Assembly (NCBI GenBank): GCA_047519465.1
Contig: JAPVTA010000075.1
Coordinates: 2,513-66,512 of the forward strand
Source of the DNA: Thermodesulfobacteriota bacterium
GTDB lineage: Bacteria; Desulfobacterota; BSN033; UBA1163
DNA length: 64,000 nt
Direction of reading: 5' to 3'
The notes below the pieces were generated by a model. The model had not been told where the DNA came from and made no database searches. It saw only the letters and a list, made by a program, of their open reading frames with translations. The position numbers were made by a program, and so were the translations under genes. Numbering within the stretch: the first letter of the stretch is position 1; each line of letters opens with the position of its first letter. Shown here in pieces: positions 29,915 through 39,011 of the stretch.

Positions 29915-31165
29915 CTAAAATAGTTTTAACTGCTCTTTCGTCTCCTCCCCTCCCTGCCGCTCGGGGAAGAGATCAATCTTCCCGTAGACGCCGTCATGGC
30001 CGGGGATGATCGAAACCTTTCCCTGCCTCATTCGGACAATCCCGTCGAGGATATTTGGCGGAACAAAGGAAGCCAATTCATCGGGAGGGACATCCAGTAG
30101 AATCCTGAATTCCGAGCCTCCCCTTTCGATCAGCCTTTCATATTCAGCTTCTACAGCCTTCGTTCCAACCCGAACACCCAGTGCCCCGGCAATGATCTCC
30201 TCCAGCGGGATGAGGTGGATGGAGGGGATGGCGTTCTTCGGAATAAACCCCTCGGGACGGTCGGCCAGTTCCTCGACCCGGTGCATCACCCCTACCGTCA
30301 GCTTCTTGTGACAGCTTGGACAGAGGTACTGACTCGCCTTGGTTTGAGAGGGAGAGAAGATCACCCCGCACTGACGATGGCCGTCATAATGATATTTTCC
30401 CTCCTCCGGGAAAAATTCGATGGTGAAGAGAAGTTTCCTCCGGTCTTTCTTTCGAATCGTCTCGGCGATCTCCCGATAATTCAGTTCGCAGTCGAATGCA
30501 TTGGCCTCTCTCCCCAATCGATTCGGGGAGTGGGCATCCGAGTTGGAGATCAGGGTAATGGAATCGAGAGCCGATAACCTCCAATTCATTTCGGGATCGG
30601 AGGAAAGACCTGTTTCGATCGCGTGGATATGAGGAGACAGTTCACCAAAACATTCCTTGATGGAGTCGAATCCCGAATTGGCTCCGAAGATCGAAAACCA
30701 CGGCGTCCAGGCGTGGGCAGGGATGACCAGGCAATCTCCGGAAATATCTAAGATCATCTTCGCCAATTCTTTCGCGCTGAAGCTAAAAATGGGTCTCCCA
30801 TCTGAGGAGAGTTTCCCGAGGTTACCCAATTTAGATCGAATAGCCTCCACCACTTCAAAACTAGGTGCAAAAAGGAGGGTATGGATCCTCCTTACCTTTC
30901 CATTCTGAGTGTAAATATTGCTCACCTCTGTCGTCATAATATAGTATATGCCCTGATCTCCCTTCTTCAACCTGAGGAGGCCGTTTCCTAAAGGCTCCAA
31001 TTTCGACCGCAACTCTGCAAAGTAGGTGGGGTGGGTAAAGTCACCCGTCCCGAGGAGAACAATGCCCTTTTTCTTAGCCCACCGGGCGAGCGTCTCCACC
31101 TCCATGTCCTTACTGGTGGCCCGACTGAACTTCGAGTGAATATGAAAATCAGCGATAAAACGCAT
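29915..31165 (-). CDS. Endonuclease Q family protein (PHP domain plus Zn finger)
   Basis: DFHIHS, GTGDFTHP, PAHAWTPW, ETGLS, SNSDAHS, GREAN, GKYH...C...CPSC, PG.DG.YG. Confidence 0.88.
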   Translation of the reverse strand: MRFIADFHIHSKFSRATSKDMEVETLARWAKKKGIVLLGTGDFTHPTYFAELRSKLEPLGNGLLRLKKGDQGIYYIMTTEVSNIYTQNGKVRRIHTLLFAPSFEVVEAIRSKLGNLGKLSSDGRPIFSFSAKELAKMILDISGDCLVIPAHAWTPWFSIFGANSGFDSIKECFGELSPHIHAIETGLSSDPEMNWRLSALDSITLISNSDAHSPNRLGREANAFDCELNYREIAETIRKKDRRKLLFTIEFFPEEGKYHYDGHRQCGVIFSPSQTKASQYLCPSCHKKLTVGVMHRVEELADRPEGFIPKNAIPSIHLIPLEEIIAGALGVRVGTKAVEAEYERLIERGGSEFRILLDVPPDELASFVPPNILDGIVRMRQGKVSIIPGHDGVYGKIDLFPERQGGEETKEQLKLF

Positions 31166-31178
31166 CAATGAAACCCAT

Positions 31179-31286
31179 AAATTTCAAATGACAAATTTCA
31201 AATCAAACCCAAATTTCAAATGTTGAAAGGTTTTTGATTTTGAACTTTGACATTCATTTGACATTTGAACTTTGAAATTTGACGTT
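31179..31286. repeat. Inverted array of ~7 nt repeats (CAAAT-type and ATTTG-type arms)
   Basis: AAATTTC AAATGAC AAATTTC AAATC... followed by TTGAACT TTGACAT...TTGACAT TTGAACT TTGAAAT TTGAC; overlaps the DUF763 3' end. Confidence 0.75.
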
Positions 31287-32348
31287 AAAGTCTCTTAGCC
31301 TTTGGATCGCTTCCATCTTTTCCCTATCTCCTACCTTGGCTCTATCAATCGCATCTCTCAGCACCTCAATCGTCTTATCATAGATTTTTCGATCGACGGG
31401 ATAGGGATGGCCGTCTTTCCCGCCATGAGCAAAACTGAAACGAGTCGGGTCTTTGAAACTCGGTTTAATCCCGTAGATCAACTCAGAGATGAGACTGAGC
31501 GCCCGAAGGCTTTGAGGGCCAGCCCCTTTGATTCCAAGAAGCTGCTCAAAATTGTTTGGCGAACGTTCATAGATTTGAACAAAAATCTTCTCCAATCGCT
31601 CCAGACGAATCTCTTCCATGGGAACAGGATGCTCTCCGGGAAGGTAAAGTTCGTTGGCCCTTTTCCCTTGGGAAATCAGAAACTCAGGCTTTTCGTGAGA
31701 AAGGTCAGTGATGGATCGTCTGGTCTTTTCACTCTCTTGGGCAACAAGGTTTAAGCCTTTTCCTTTTTGATCACAACAGACTGCCCAGTGCGGTTCACAG
31801 ACAAAATCCTTTACCCCCTGACTGAACCAGTGATATCTTCGGGCATATCGGTTTCGTTCATTCATGCCCTGCTGGACCACTGCCCATTGTCCCGACTGCG
31901 TGAAGAAAAAAGCGTGGTGGTAGATTTGGTACCCGTCCTGAATCGCTGCACTATCAACCTTTGCAGACATCCGGCTGGCATAGATAAGGGGGGTTCCGTC
32001 AACGGAGCGTTGATAGCAGATCTCTTCGATCTCCTGAGGCGTCTTTCGAGAAGTCTTCCCTTTCCCTCCCGCAATGAAGAACCCCAGCTCCTTTTCCATT
32101 CCTCTCATCCCTTCCTTCAGTGCGCCGCAGACGGTCGTCGTCACACCGCTCGAGTGCCAATCAAACCCTAACGCACAGCCAAAGGCCTGGAACCAGAAAG
32201 GGTCGGAAAGCCGGGAAAGCATTTCTTCCGTTCCATACGCATCAATGACAGCAAGGGTGATCTCCCTCGCCAGGCTCTTCATCCTCTGAAAAAGCCAGGC
32301 AGGGGCTTTCCCGTAATGGAGCGGAAGCTGAGCGACTCCTGTCTTCAT
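31254..32348 (-). CDS. DUF763 family protein
   Basis: LPLHYG.AP.WL, DP.WFQ..G..LG.DWHSSG.TT, AKVD, QDGY, VVQQGMN, FAHGGKDGHPYPVD. Confidence 0.9.
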   Translation of the reverse strand: MKTGVAQLPLHYGKAPAWLFQRMKSLAREITLAVIDAYGTEEMLSRLSDPFWFQAFGCALGFDWHSSGVTTTVCGALKEGMRGMEKELGFFIAGGKGKTSRKTPQEIEEICYQRSVDGTPLIYASRMSAKVDSAAIQDGYQIYHHAFFFTQSGQWAVVQQGMNERNRYARRYHWFSQGVKDFVCEPHWAVCCDQKGKGLNLVAQESEKTRRSITDLSHEKPEFLISQGKRANELYLPGEHPVPMEEIRLERLEKIFVQIYERSPNNFEQLLGIKGAGPQSLRALSLISELIYGIKPSFKDPTRFSFAHGGKDGHPYPVDRKIYDKTIEVLRDAIDRAKVGDREKMEAIQRLRDFNVKFQSSNVK

Positions 32349-32419
32349 TCCGAACGATTCCTTTCCCCGATGAGCGCTTTACCCCGTTAGCAAATCCCGC
32401 TATTTCCCTTCTGATGGGA

Positions 32420-32677
32420 TCACTCGACGACTTTATAGACGACGTCGTGTTCCCTCACACGGCCCTTCACCTTAATCCCGAGATCCGCTCCGGGCCCTGC
32501 CTCCTGAACATTTTTGTTCTCAATCTGCATCGAATCGATGGGGTGGGTGATATCCGTCGTATGGCCGACGATATGAATGGTATCCCCGACCTTTAACGAT
32601 CCCTCGGTTAACCGTATCGCTGCGACACTAATCTTTCCAAAAAATTTGATAATCTCCCCTACTTTCTTCTCTTCCAT
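32420..32677 (-). CDS. Small translation elongation factor-like beta-barrel protein
   Basis: LKVGDTIHIVGHTTD...SMQIE...A.PG...GIKV..RVRE.D.VY. Confidence 0.8.
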   Translation of the reverse strand: MEEKKVGEIIKFFGKISVAAIRLTEGSLKVGDTIHIVGHTTDITHPIDSMQIENKNVQEAGPGADLGIKVKGRVREHDVVYKVVE

Positions 32678-32705
32678 CTTCTTCCTCCTTTCTTACATAT
32701 TCGAC

Positions 32706-32795
32706 TTCCTCCCCCTTGATGGGGGAGGATTCAGGTGGGGGTGAACGTAATATGTCCTCCCCTCACCCTTCCCCTCTCCCACGAGGGGAGAGGGG
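32706..32795. repeat. REP-like palindromic element (CCCCTCACCC...CTCTCCC-N-GGGAGAGGG family)
   Basis: TTCCTCCCCC-TTGAT-GGGGGAGGA..GGTGGGGG followed by CCCCTCACCCTTCCCCTCTCCC-ACGA-GGGGAGAGGGG; relatives near 46390 and 47830. Confidence 0.7.
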
Positions 32796-32821
32796 ATATT
32801 CAGGGTTATTATTTTCGGTTC

Positions 32822-33868
32822 TTAGAATTTAGGTTCAATCCCTATCCTCTTTACCACCTCAAAAACCTCTTCCATCTCGATCCCTCTTAGACATTCAAAA
32901 TCTTTGCATACGACGAAACGCTCTTGAGGACAAGGGGAGCAATGGACTCCACTGGAAACGACAAATGTCTTTTCACCCCTTGGCGACCAGACCCTTTGAT
33001 CCGTAGGCCCAAAGATGGCCACCGTAGGAAGTCCCAAAGCAGCGGCCAGATGAGTAATACCGGAATCATTTCCGACAAAGGACCGGCATCCTTCCATCAC
33101 GGACGCCAGTTGTAGAGGAGTGAACCCATTGGCCAGAATGGGCGCGGTGGGGCCCATTCCCTCAAAGGCCTTCTGGACTTCCGGGCCTTCGGCCGGACCA
33201 AGAACGATGAGGATTCTTGAGCCGAGGTTATCCTGAAGCCTGTGAGCGAGGTCCAAGAATCGATCAACGGGCCAGACCTTCTTCTTGCTCCCGCTTCCGG
33301 GATGGAGGATGACCACCTTTGAACGCTCCTCCGGAGTCACCCTTTTGCTTTTCCAGAAACCCCTTGCCCATTCCCGATCCGCGTCCTTCAAATAGAGCCT
33401 GGGGTTTGAGCCGGATGCTGAAAATCCGTATCGGGTAAACTGTTTAAGCAGGTGATCGGTTAAATGAACCTTCTCCTCCCGGGCCGGAAACGAACGGACG
33501 TGAAGAACCCGACCCTCACATGCTCTTCTTAGATTCCGGATGATGGGTCCCTCGCCGTCCCTCCCAAAGACAACGACGAGATCGAAGGCCTTAAAAAATT
33601 GGGAGAGCGCGGGATCCAGAGATCCTTCTCCAACAAAGAAAGAGGCCATCCCTTTTTGATCGACGGAAACGGTATCGTCGGCGTAGAATCGTTTTTCCAC
33701 CAGCTCCAGAATTCTCGGATATCCCATCATGACCAGTTGGGACTCCGGAAAGGCCTTCCGGAGCGTTTCGAGGGCGGGCAAAGCAAGAACGAAATCGCCC
33801 AGCGCGCCTTGATGAATCGCCAGGAGCGATTGAGCCCCGGCTGCTTTGGGGAGGCTGGCAGGCATCAT
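32822..33868 (-). CDS. Glycosyltransferase family 9 (LPS heptosyltransferase-like)
   Basis: GALGD, HPGSGS.KK.WP, GNDSG..HLAAA.G.PT.AIFGPT, CSPC. Confidence 0.9.
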   Translation of the reverse strand: MMPASLPKAAGAQSLLAIHQGALGDFVLALPALETLRKAFPESQLVMMGYPRILELVEKRFYADDTVSVDQKGMASFFVGEGSLDPALSQFFKAFDLVVVFGRDGEGPIIRNLRRACEGRVLHVRSFPAREEKVHLTDHLLKQFTRYGFSASGSNPRLYLKDADREWARGFWKSKRVTPEERSKVVILHPGSGSKKKVWPVDRFLDLAHRLQDNLGSRILIVLGPAEGPEVQKAFEGMGPTAPILANGFTPLQLASVMEGCRSFVGNDSGITHLAAALGLPTVAIFGPTDQRVWSPRGEKTFVVSSGVHCSPCPQERFVVCKDFECLRGIEMEEVFEVVKRIGIEPKF

Positions 33869-34893
33869 GATTCATCCCCCCTTGGTCGGCCGATTCTTTC
33901 CAACCGCTCCCGAATGTGCTCATCGTCGGGTGTGATTTGAAGGATCTTCCCATACTCACTTCTTGCCTCTTTCCATCTCTCCTGATCTTCGTACAGAACA
34001 CCCAAGTTGACCCTTGCAAACAGGTAGTGGGGATTGATCCGGAGGGCCTGCTTCATTTCGTAGACGGCTTCCTCATATCGTTTCCGGTCACTGTAGAGAA
34101 GGGCCAAGCGATAGTGGAGGTCTGCATACTGAGAGTTCATCCGAACTGCCTTCTTCATATACCGAAGGGCTTCGTGGGCCCGGCCCATCAAACCATAGAC
34201 ATGACTAAGGTTTGCGTACCCCATGCCGTAAGACGGATCGATCTTCAAAGCCCTCTGAAATTCCTGAACCGCTTTTGAGTAGACCCCCTGGTAGTAATAG
34301 ACGGTTCCAAGGTTGGCGTGAAAAATAAATTCATCCGGCTTCAGCCTTGCGGCCTTCTTAAGCTCTTTGACCGCCTGCCCAAATTTTCCCTTTTTAGCAA
34401 GATGGAGGCCGGTGAAATTGCAGAATTGAGCGTAAGGATCCAGACGAACCTGCCTCAATACCCTCTCTGTTTTCTGATCACGGTGAACCACCCCTGTCCG
34501 TCGCGCTCTCCCCCTCTTGTAATAAGACAGGCCATGGGAGCGGTACCGGATCGCTTTATGAATTCGAGCAGCGGCCTCCTTTTCTCTTTCGGTTTGAAGA
34601 TACAGAATTCCCAAGGCATGATGGAGAAAACCATCCTCGGGATGTCTTTTCACCTCGGAGAGAAAAATCTTTTCTGCCTCTTTCCATCGTCTCATCTCCA
34701 TGTACAAAAAGCCTAAATTGAGTTTGGCCTCTCGATATTTCGGGTTCAGGCGCAAGGCCTCCAGAAAATGGGCCTCTGCCCTCTCTCTTTCTCCCTCGAC
34801 CATCAAGAGTAGAGCCAGCTGATTCCGGAGGTCTGCATAACGGGGATGAACCCCGACTTCTTTCTCGATTTCAGATAGAATCCGCTTGTACAT
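33865..34893 (-). CDS. Tetratricopeptide repeat protein
   Basis: Many TPR units (P.YAD, A..NLG..Y); start set at MYKRIL. Confidence 0.85.
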   Translation of the reverse strand: MYKRILSEIEKEVGVHPRYADLRNQLALLLMVEGERERAEAHFLEALRLNPKYREAKLNLGFLYMEMRRWKEAEKIFLSEVKRHPEDGFLHHALGILYLQTEREKEAAARIHKAIRYRSHGLSYYKRGRARRTGVVHRDQKTERVLRQVRLDPYAQFCNFTGLHLAKKGKFGQAVKELKKAARLKPDEFIFHANLGTVYYYQGVYSKAVQEFQRALKIDPSYGMGYANLSHVYGLMGRAHEALRYMKKAVRMNSQYADLHYRLALLYSDRKRYEEAVYEMKQALRINPHYLFARVNLGVLYEDQERWKEARSEYGKILQITPDDEHIRERLERIGRPRGDES

Positions 34894-35062
34894 TGAACTC
34901 CGCCTTGTGCTCACCGTCATTTCTCTTTTTCGTAACTCTAAATGACGACATGCCGAAGCCGTGCAGGCCGATCGTGCGGGCGCGGGAATCCCCTCTCGTA
35001 TCTACCCTCCTTCATCGTGGGGACACGGTCTCACCCGAGAGAGGGGGAATGGACCCTTGCAT

Positions 35063-35452
35063 TCAAGCGAGGGCCGGGTCTTTCTCCAGCGCCCTCTTGA
35101 TCGCATCCAACAGCTCCTCAGGGTCGTAAGGCTTCTTTATATAAAAACGAGCGCCCAGGGTCATGGCCTTTTCCTCTGAGTCCCTTTCCGGACTCCCTGT
35201 CAGAAAGATGACGGGAATGGAAAGAGTATTTTTGGAGTGCCTCAACTTCTCGGCAACGCTGAACCCGTTTCCGGCCGGCATTCGAATGTCAAGGAGGATG
35301 AGATCGGGATTTTCTTTGTGGGCCACAAAAATGGCTTGGGCCCCGTCAAAGGCGGTGACCACTTCGTAGCCAGCTCCTTGAAGCCGGATCATCAATGCCC
35401 TGACAATATCCCGCTCGTCATCCACGATGAGAATCTTTTTTTTCTCACCCAT
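35063..35452 (-). CDS. Single-domain response regulator (receiver)
   Basis: ILIVDD, LLDIRMP, FLTG, KPYD. Confidence 0.92.
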   Translation of the reverse strand: MGEKKKILIVDDERDIVRALMIRLQGAGYEVVTAFDGAQAIFVAHKENPDLILLDIRMPAGNGFSVAEKLRHSKNTLSIPVIFLTGSPERDSEEKAMTLGARFYIKKPYDPEELLDAIKRALEKDPALA

Positions 35453-35459
35453 ATCCGCC

Positions 35460-36764
35460 TCACTCTAACCGCTCCATATTTGTCTCCCCCTCTTCCATTT
35501 TCTTCCAGTAGGGTGAATCCCCTTGGAGCCAAGCCAACACTTCCTCTCTCTTCCTTCCAAACATTCCCATCTCTTTCTCTCGGATAGGAGCGCCGGGGAT
35601 AAACGTCTCCTTCAAAGGATTTCGGAATTGCCCGTCCTTCAACAACCGATAGTCCAGATGAGGTCCTGTGGAGAGACCGGTGGATCCCACATATCCGACC
35701 ACCTGCTTCTGCTTGACCCTCACCCCTTTTTTGATCCCGGGGCCGAAGCGGGAGAGATGACCATAACAGGTCGTGTAACCATTCATATGGCGCAGAATCA
35801 CCTGGTTCCCGAATCCATTGTTCCATCCGCAGGCCGTAACGGTTCCGTCTGCCACGGCCCAAATCGGCGTGCCGGTTGGAGCCGCATAATCCACACCGAA
35901 ATGGGGCCTCAATCCTCCGAGGATGGGATGTTTCCTGGCCCAACTGAATTTAGAACTGATCCGGTTAAATCTTAACGGAGCCTTTAAGAATGCCTTCCTC
36001 ATGGAAATTCCGTTCTCATTATAATAGCCGTCTTTGTACCGGATCCCTCTGATAACTTTTTCTCCCCTCTGATATTCGACGCCATGGATGGTTCCGTATC
36101 GGACGAATTGATCCCCTTTATAAACCTTTTCCACCACCACCTTAAATCGATCCCCTTCCCGGACGTCCTTATAAAAATCGATCTCCCAAGCCAGGATTTC
36201 GGCAAAGGCGGTGGTCAATGGGTCTTGTTCCCCGGCAGCATCCATCGCCTCGAACAGAGAAGAACGAATTTCTCCGACGACCTTCACCCGACGGGTTTCG
36301 AGGGAGACATTCTTCCTTCGCGCGACATATTCCTGGCCATCCTTTTCGATTTCATAAATCTCGGTCGGACCCGCTTCATAAATAAACTTTACCAGTTCCC
36401 CCTTCTCGTCGGTGATGAGACGGTAGGTTCCTCCTTTGATCTTCTTAAAATTCACAAAGGATTTCAATTTCGAGAGGATCAGATCGACCCATCGAGGAGG
36501 AATATTCTTCTCCGCTAAGGATTTGAAAAGCGTGCTTCGTTCTTTGACCTCTCCCTCGATCGTCTGAAGCTGGGGTTCCTGGGAAGTGGATGTCACGGAG
36601 GCGGGGGGCGGTGAAGAAGCGGGAGGGATTACAAAATAGTAAATCAGAAGGAAAAGGCCGACGACGGCAGATCCTGAAAGGAAAGCCCAATTCCGTCTGC
36701 GCCTCTTGGCCTCGAAAGGTCTCCCTTCGATTCGGTCCGATTTTTTTAACTCCCAGTTTTCCAT
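35460..36764 (-). CDS. M23 family murein DD-endopeptidase (MepM-like)
   Basis: N-terminal TM; H.GVDYAAP.GTP, YGHL, GSTGLSTGPHL. Confidence 0.92.
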   Translation of the reverse strand: MENWELKKSDRIEGRPFEAKRRRRNWAFLSGSAVVGLFLLIYYFVIPPASSPPPASVTSTSQEPQLQTIEGEVKERSTLFKSLAEKNIPPRWVDLILSKLKSFVNFKKIKGGTYRLITDEKGELVKFIYEAGPTEIYEIEKDGQEYVARRKNVSLETRRVKVVGEIRSSLFEAMDAAGEQDPLTTAFAEILAWEIDFYKDVREGDRFKVVVEKVYKGDQFVRYGTIHGVEYQRGEKVIRGIRYKDGYYNENGISMRKAFLKAPLRFNRISSKFSWARKHPILGGLRPHFGVDYAAPTGTPIWAVADGTVTACGWNNGFGNQVILRHMNGYTTCYGHLSRFGPGIKKGVRVKQKQVVGYVGSTGLSTGPHLDYRLLKDGQFRNPLKETFIPGAPIREKEMGMFGRKREEVLAWLQGDSPYWKKMEEGETNMERLE

Positions 36765-36781
36765 CCTCAGCTCTTCATTCT

Positions 36782-37768
36782 TTAGAAGACCTCTCTTAGA
36801 AACCTCGCGGCATCTTCAGGCGGCGTCGGGTTGACAAAAAAACCCGTTCCCCATTCAAACCCTTCCCGCAATCCAATCCTGAGCCGGGTTTCGATATGCC
36901 AGTGGTATTCTTGTCGGTGGTATCGATTCCGGACGGGGGAGGTGTGAAAGGTAAGACTGTAAGGAGGATCGGAAAGGAGTTTAAAAAAGGAATGAAACAG
37001 CGACTGGACCGCAACGGATAGATCGGCGATCTCTTCTTCCTTGATCCGATGAAAATCGGGAGAGTGAACCTTTGGGAGGATCCAGGCTTCAAAGGGGTAG
37101 CGCGAGGCGAAAGGAAGGAAGATCAAAAAATGGACGGTCTCCAGGACCACCCTCTTCTTCGTCGAAATCTCTTCTTTGATGATGTCGCAGAAAATGCAGC
37201 GTTCCTTGCGTTGGTAGTAATCCAGCGTCCCCCAGATTTCTTCGTCAATCCTCTTCGGGATGACCGGCATCGCCATGAGATGGGAGTGAGGATGACGGTT
37301 GAAGATGCCGGGATAATTTTTCAGAATCAGGAACTGCTGAAATCGCTCATCCTTCTCCAAGTCGATTAGCCTTTCCCTGTAAGCCAGAAGGATCTTTTCG
37401 ATCTGGCCGGGGTCCATCGTGGCCAGGCTCTGATTGTGGTCAGGAGCCTCCACAACGATCTCATGGGCCCCGATGGCTTCCATGATATCGTACATCCCTT
37501 CGGGTCTTCGGTCGAAGTCCCCCTCGATATGGAAAAAAGGAGATTTATTCGGGATGACTCGGACAAGCCATCGCCCTTTATCACGGGTCAATGAAAACGT
37601 TTCCGGCGGTGTCATCCCTTCATTCCCGGGACAGAAAGAACAGGGGCTCTCTGCCTCCGGGACGCGATACGGAGGTTTGAAGGGAAGGTAATCCGATGGG
37701 CCTTTCGGGTTGTCGTTGGTGACCACCACCCACATCCTCGTAACGGGCTCTCTCCGCAGTTCTGCCAT
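36782..37768 (-). CDS. galT: Galactose-1-phosphate uridylyltransferase-like (GalT/HIT superfamily)
   Basis: CSFCPGNE, GAHE, catalytic HPH, CIFC, YHWH, GFEWGTG; start at MAELRR. Confidence 0.85.
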   Translation of the reverse strand: MAELRREPVTRMWVVVTNDNPKGPSDYLPFKPPYRVPEAESPCSFCPGNEGMTPPETFSLTRDKGRWLVRVIPNKSPFFHIEGDFDRRPEGMYDIMEAIGAHEIVVEAPDHNQSLATMDPGQIEKILLAYRERLIDLEKDERFQQFLILKNYPGIFNRHPHSHLMAMPVIPKRIDEEIWGTLDYYQRKERCIFCDIIKEEISTKKRVVLETVHFLIFLPFASRYPFEAWILPKVHSPDFHRIKEEEIADLSVAVQSLFHSFFKLLSDPPYSLTFHTSPVRNRYHRQEYHWHIETRLRIGLREGFEWGTGFFVNPTPPEDAARFLREVF

Positions 37769-37778
37769 CCCACACTCC

Positions 37779-38366
37779 TCAGGAAAGGAGGGATTGGTAA
37801 AGGTATTGCCTCCCCCGATGGGATTCTTCCCTTCCCACCATCGCCCTCTCCGCTCGCACGACAAGACGCTTCTTGTATAGATTGAGAAGCCGCGTGCCGC
37901 TCGTGTTCATTTGAATCCCTTCCTCTTCCGACAATTCCCTCGGGGTCAGTTGCTTCTTCTCCATCACCCGGTTTAATGTGTGGATTAAATAATTATTCAA
38001 AGAGCCGATGAGCCGCCATCCTTCGGGCCCTGTAATCAGAAGAGCCAATCTCTTCCTTTCCAAAGCCACATCGATATTCTCGGCCTGAGAGGGACTCAGG
38101 TTCTTCAGGACGAGAAACTTCTCCCCGTACTCTCCGCTCCACAACCGGGAGATCATCTTGGCGACCACCTCATCAGCCCAGGAAAAGTCGATGGACCCCA
38201 TTCCCGAGAAATCAAGGACGACGCGGAGGGGTTCCTTTTGCTGTCCCAACACCTTCTCAATGGCCTCTCGAACCCGTGCACCGCGCAAACGACCGGTCAT
38301 CTCCCTCGACCCGTTCCTCAAAACGGGGTCGGTCAGCTTCTTTAAATAAAGAGTCCTCTTTTCCAT
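37779..38366 (-). CDS. STAS-like (DUF4325-type) domain fused to a winged HTH
   Basis: G..VRE, LDFSG...ID.S.ADEVV; C-terminal TPRELSEE...NTSGTRLLNLYKKRLV.R. Confidence 0.65.
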   Translation of the reverse strand: MEKRTLYLKKLTDPVLRNGSREMTGRLRGARVREAIEKVLGQQKEPLRVVLDFSGMGSIDFSWADEVVAKMISRLWSGEYGEKFLVLKNLSPSQAENIDVALERKRLALLITGPEGWRLIGSLNNYLIHTLNRVMEKKQLTPRELSEEEGIQMNTSGTRLLNLYKKRLVVRAERAMVGREESHRGRQYLYQSLLS

Positions 38367-38476
38367 TCTTTTCCTTCAATTGATTCAGTTGAACCAACAA
38401 ATCACAAAATTTGCGTTTTGTCAAGCGATTTTTTTCCGCCCTCCCTCTTGGCGACCGTGCCGTCATTACTATTTTG

Positions 38477-38573
38477 TCACCCTGAATTCATTTATTCACA
38501 TTTGTTCATCACTTCGTGCCAGGGTCTTGTAAGTCTTCGATTTCTCAGATGCTGAGACAAGCTCAGCATGACA
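38477..38573. repeat. REP-like element (GTCA.CCTGAA...CAGGGTCT / AGATGCTGA...TCAGCATGAC)
   Basis: Paired inverted palindromes; the first unit is interrupted by an insert. Confidence 0.55.
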
Positions 38574-38667
38574 TTCTCCACCTTTCCCCCATTACAACAC
38601 TGTGCCTTGGGGAAGTAAGAAAGAAGGGAGGCAAGAAATGGCGGGGCAGAGCGACGGGAGGCAAGCT

Positions 38668-38979
38668 TTAATGGAGAAAGGAGTCCGGATCTTTTCGGAT
38701 CCGGAACGGACCTTCCCAGGGGTGCTGAATTTCATCCACAAACCGATCTCGACAACTTTTGCATATCACCAGAGTGATCTCTTCATAAACATCTTTCTCC
38801 AGCTCCTTTGGGTCCAAATGTTGGGCTTGCTCAATCAGTTCCCTCAACTCCTCATCAATCCCTTCCCCCGGTTCTGAGAGGATGCCGTCAAAGCCCGAAA
38901 CAACCCTAATGTGAACGATATAGAAAGGACTGCCAGGCCGGAGTTCCTTCCCGCATCGAAAACAATTCCTCTGTTTCAT
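38668..38979 (-). CDS. Hypothetical CxxC...CxxC zinc-binding protein
   Basis: CFRCG and CKSC flank an acidic helix; GAGG RBS; downstream of trmFO. Confidence 0.7.
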   Translation of the reverse strand: MKQRNCFRCGKELRPGSPFYIVHIRVVSGFDGILSEPGEGIDEELRELIEQAQHLDPKELEKDVYEEITLVICKSCRDRFVDEIQHPWEGPFRIRKDPDSFLH

Positions 38980-39011
38980 CGGTTCCTCATTGTGATTCGG
39001 CAGCGGGTTTC

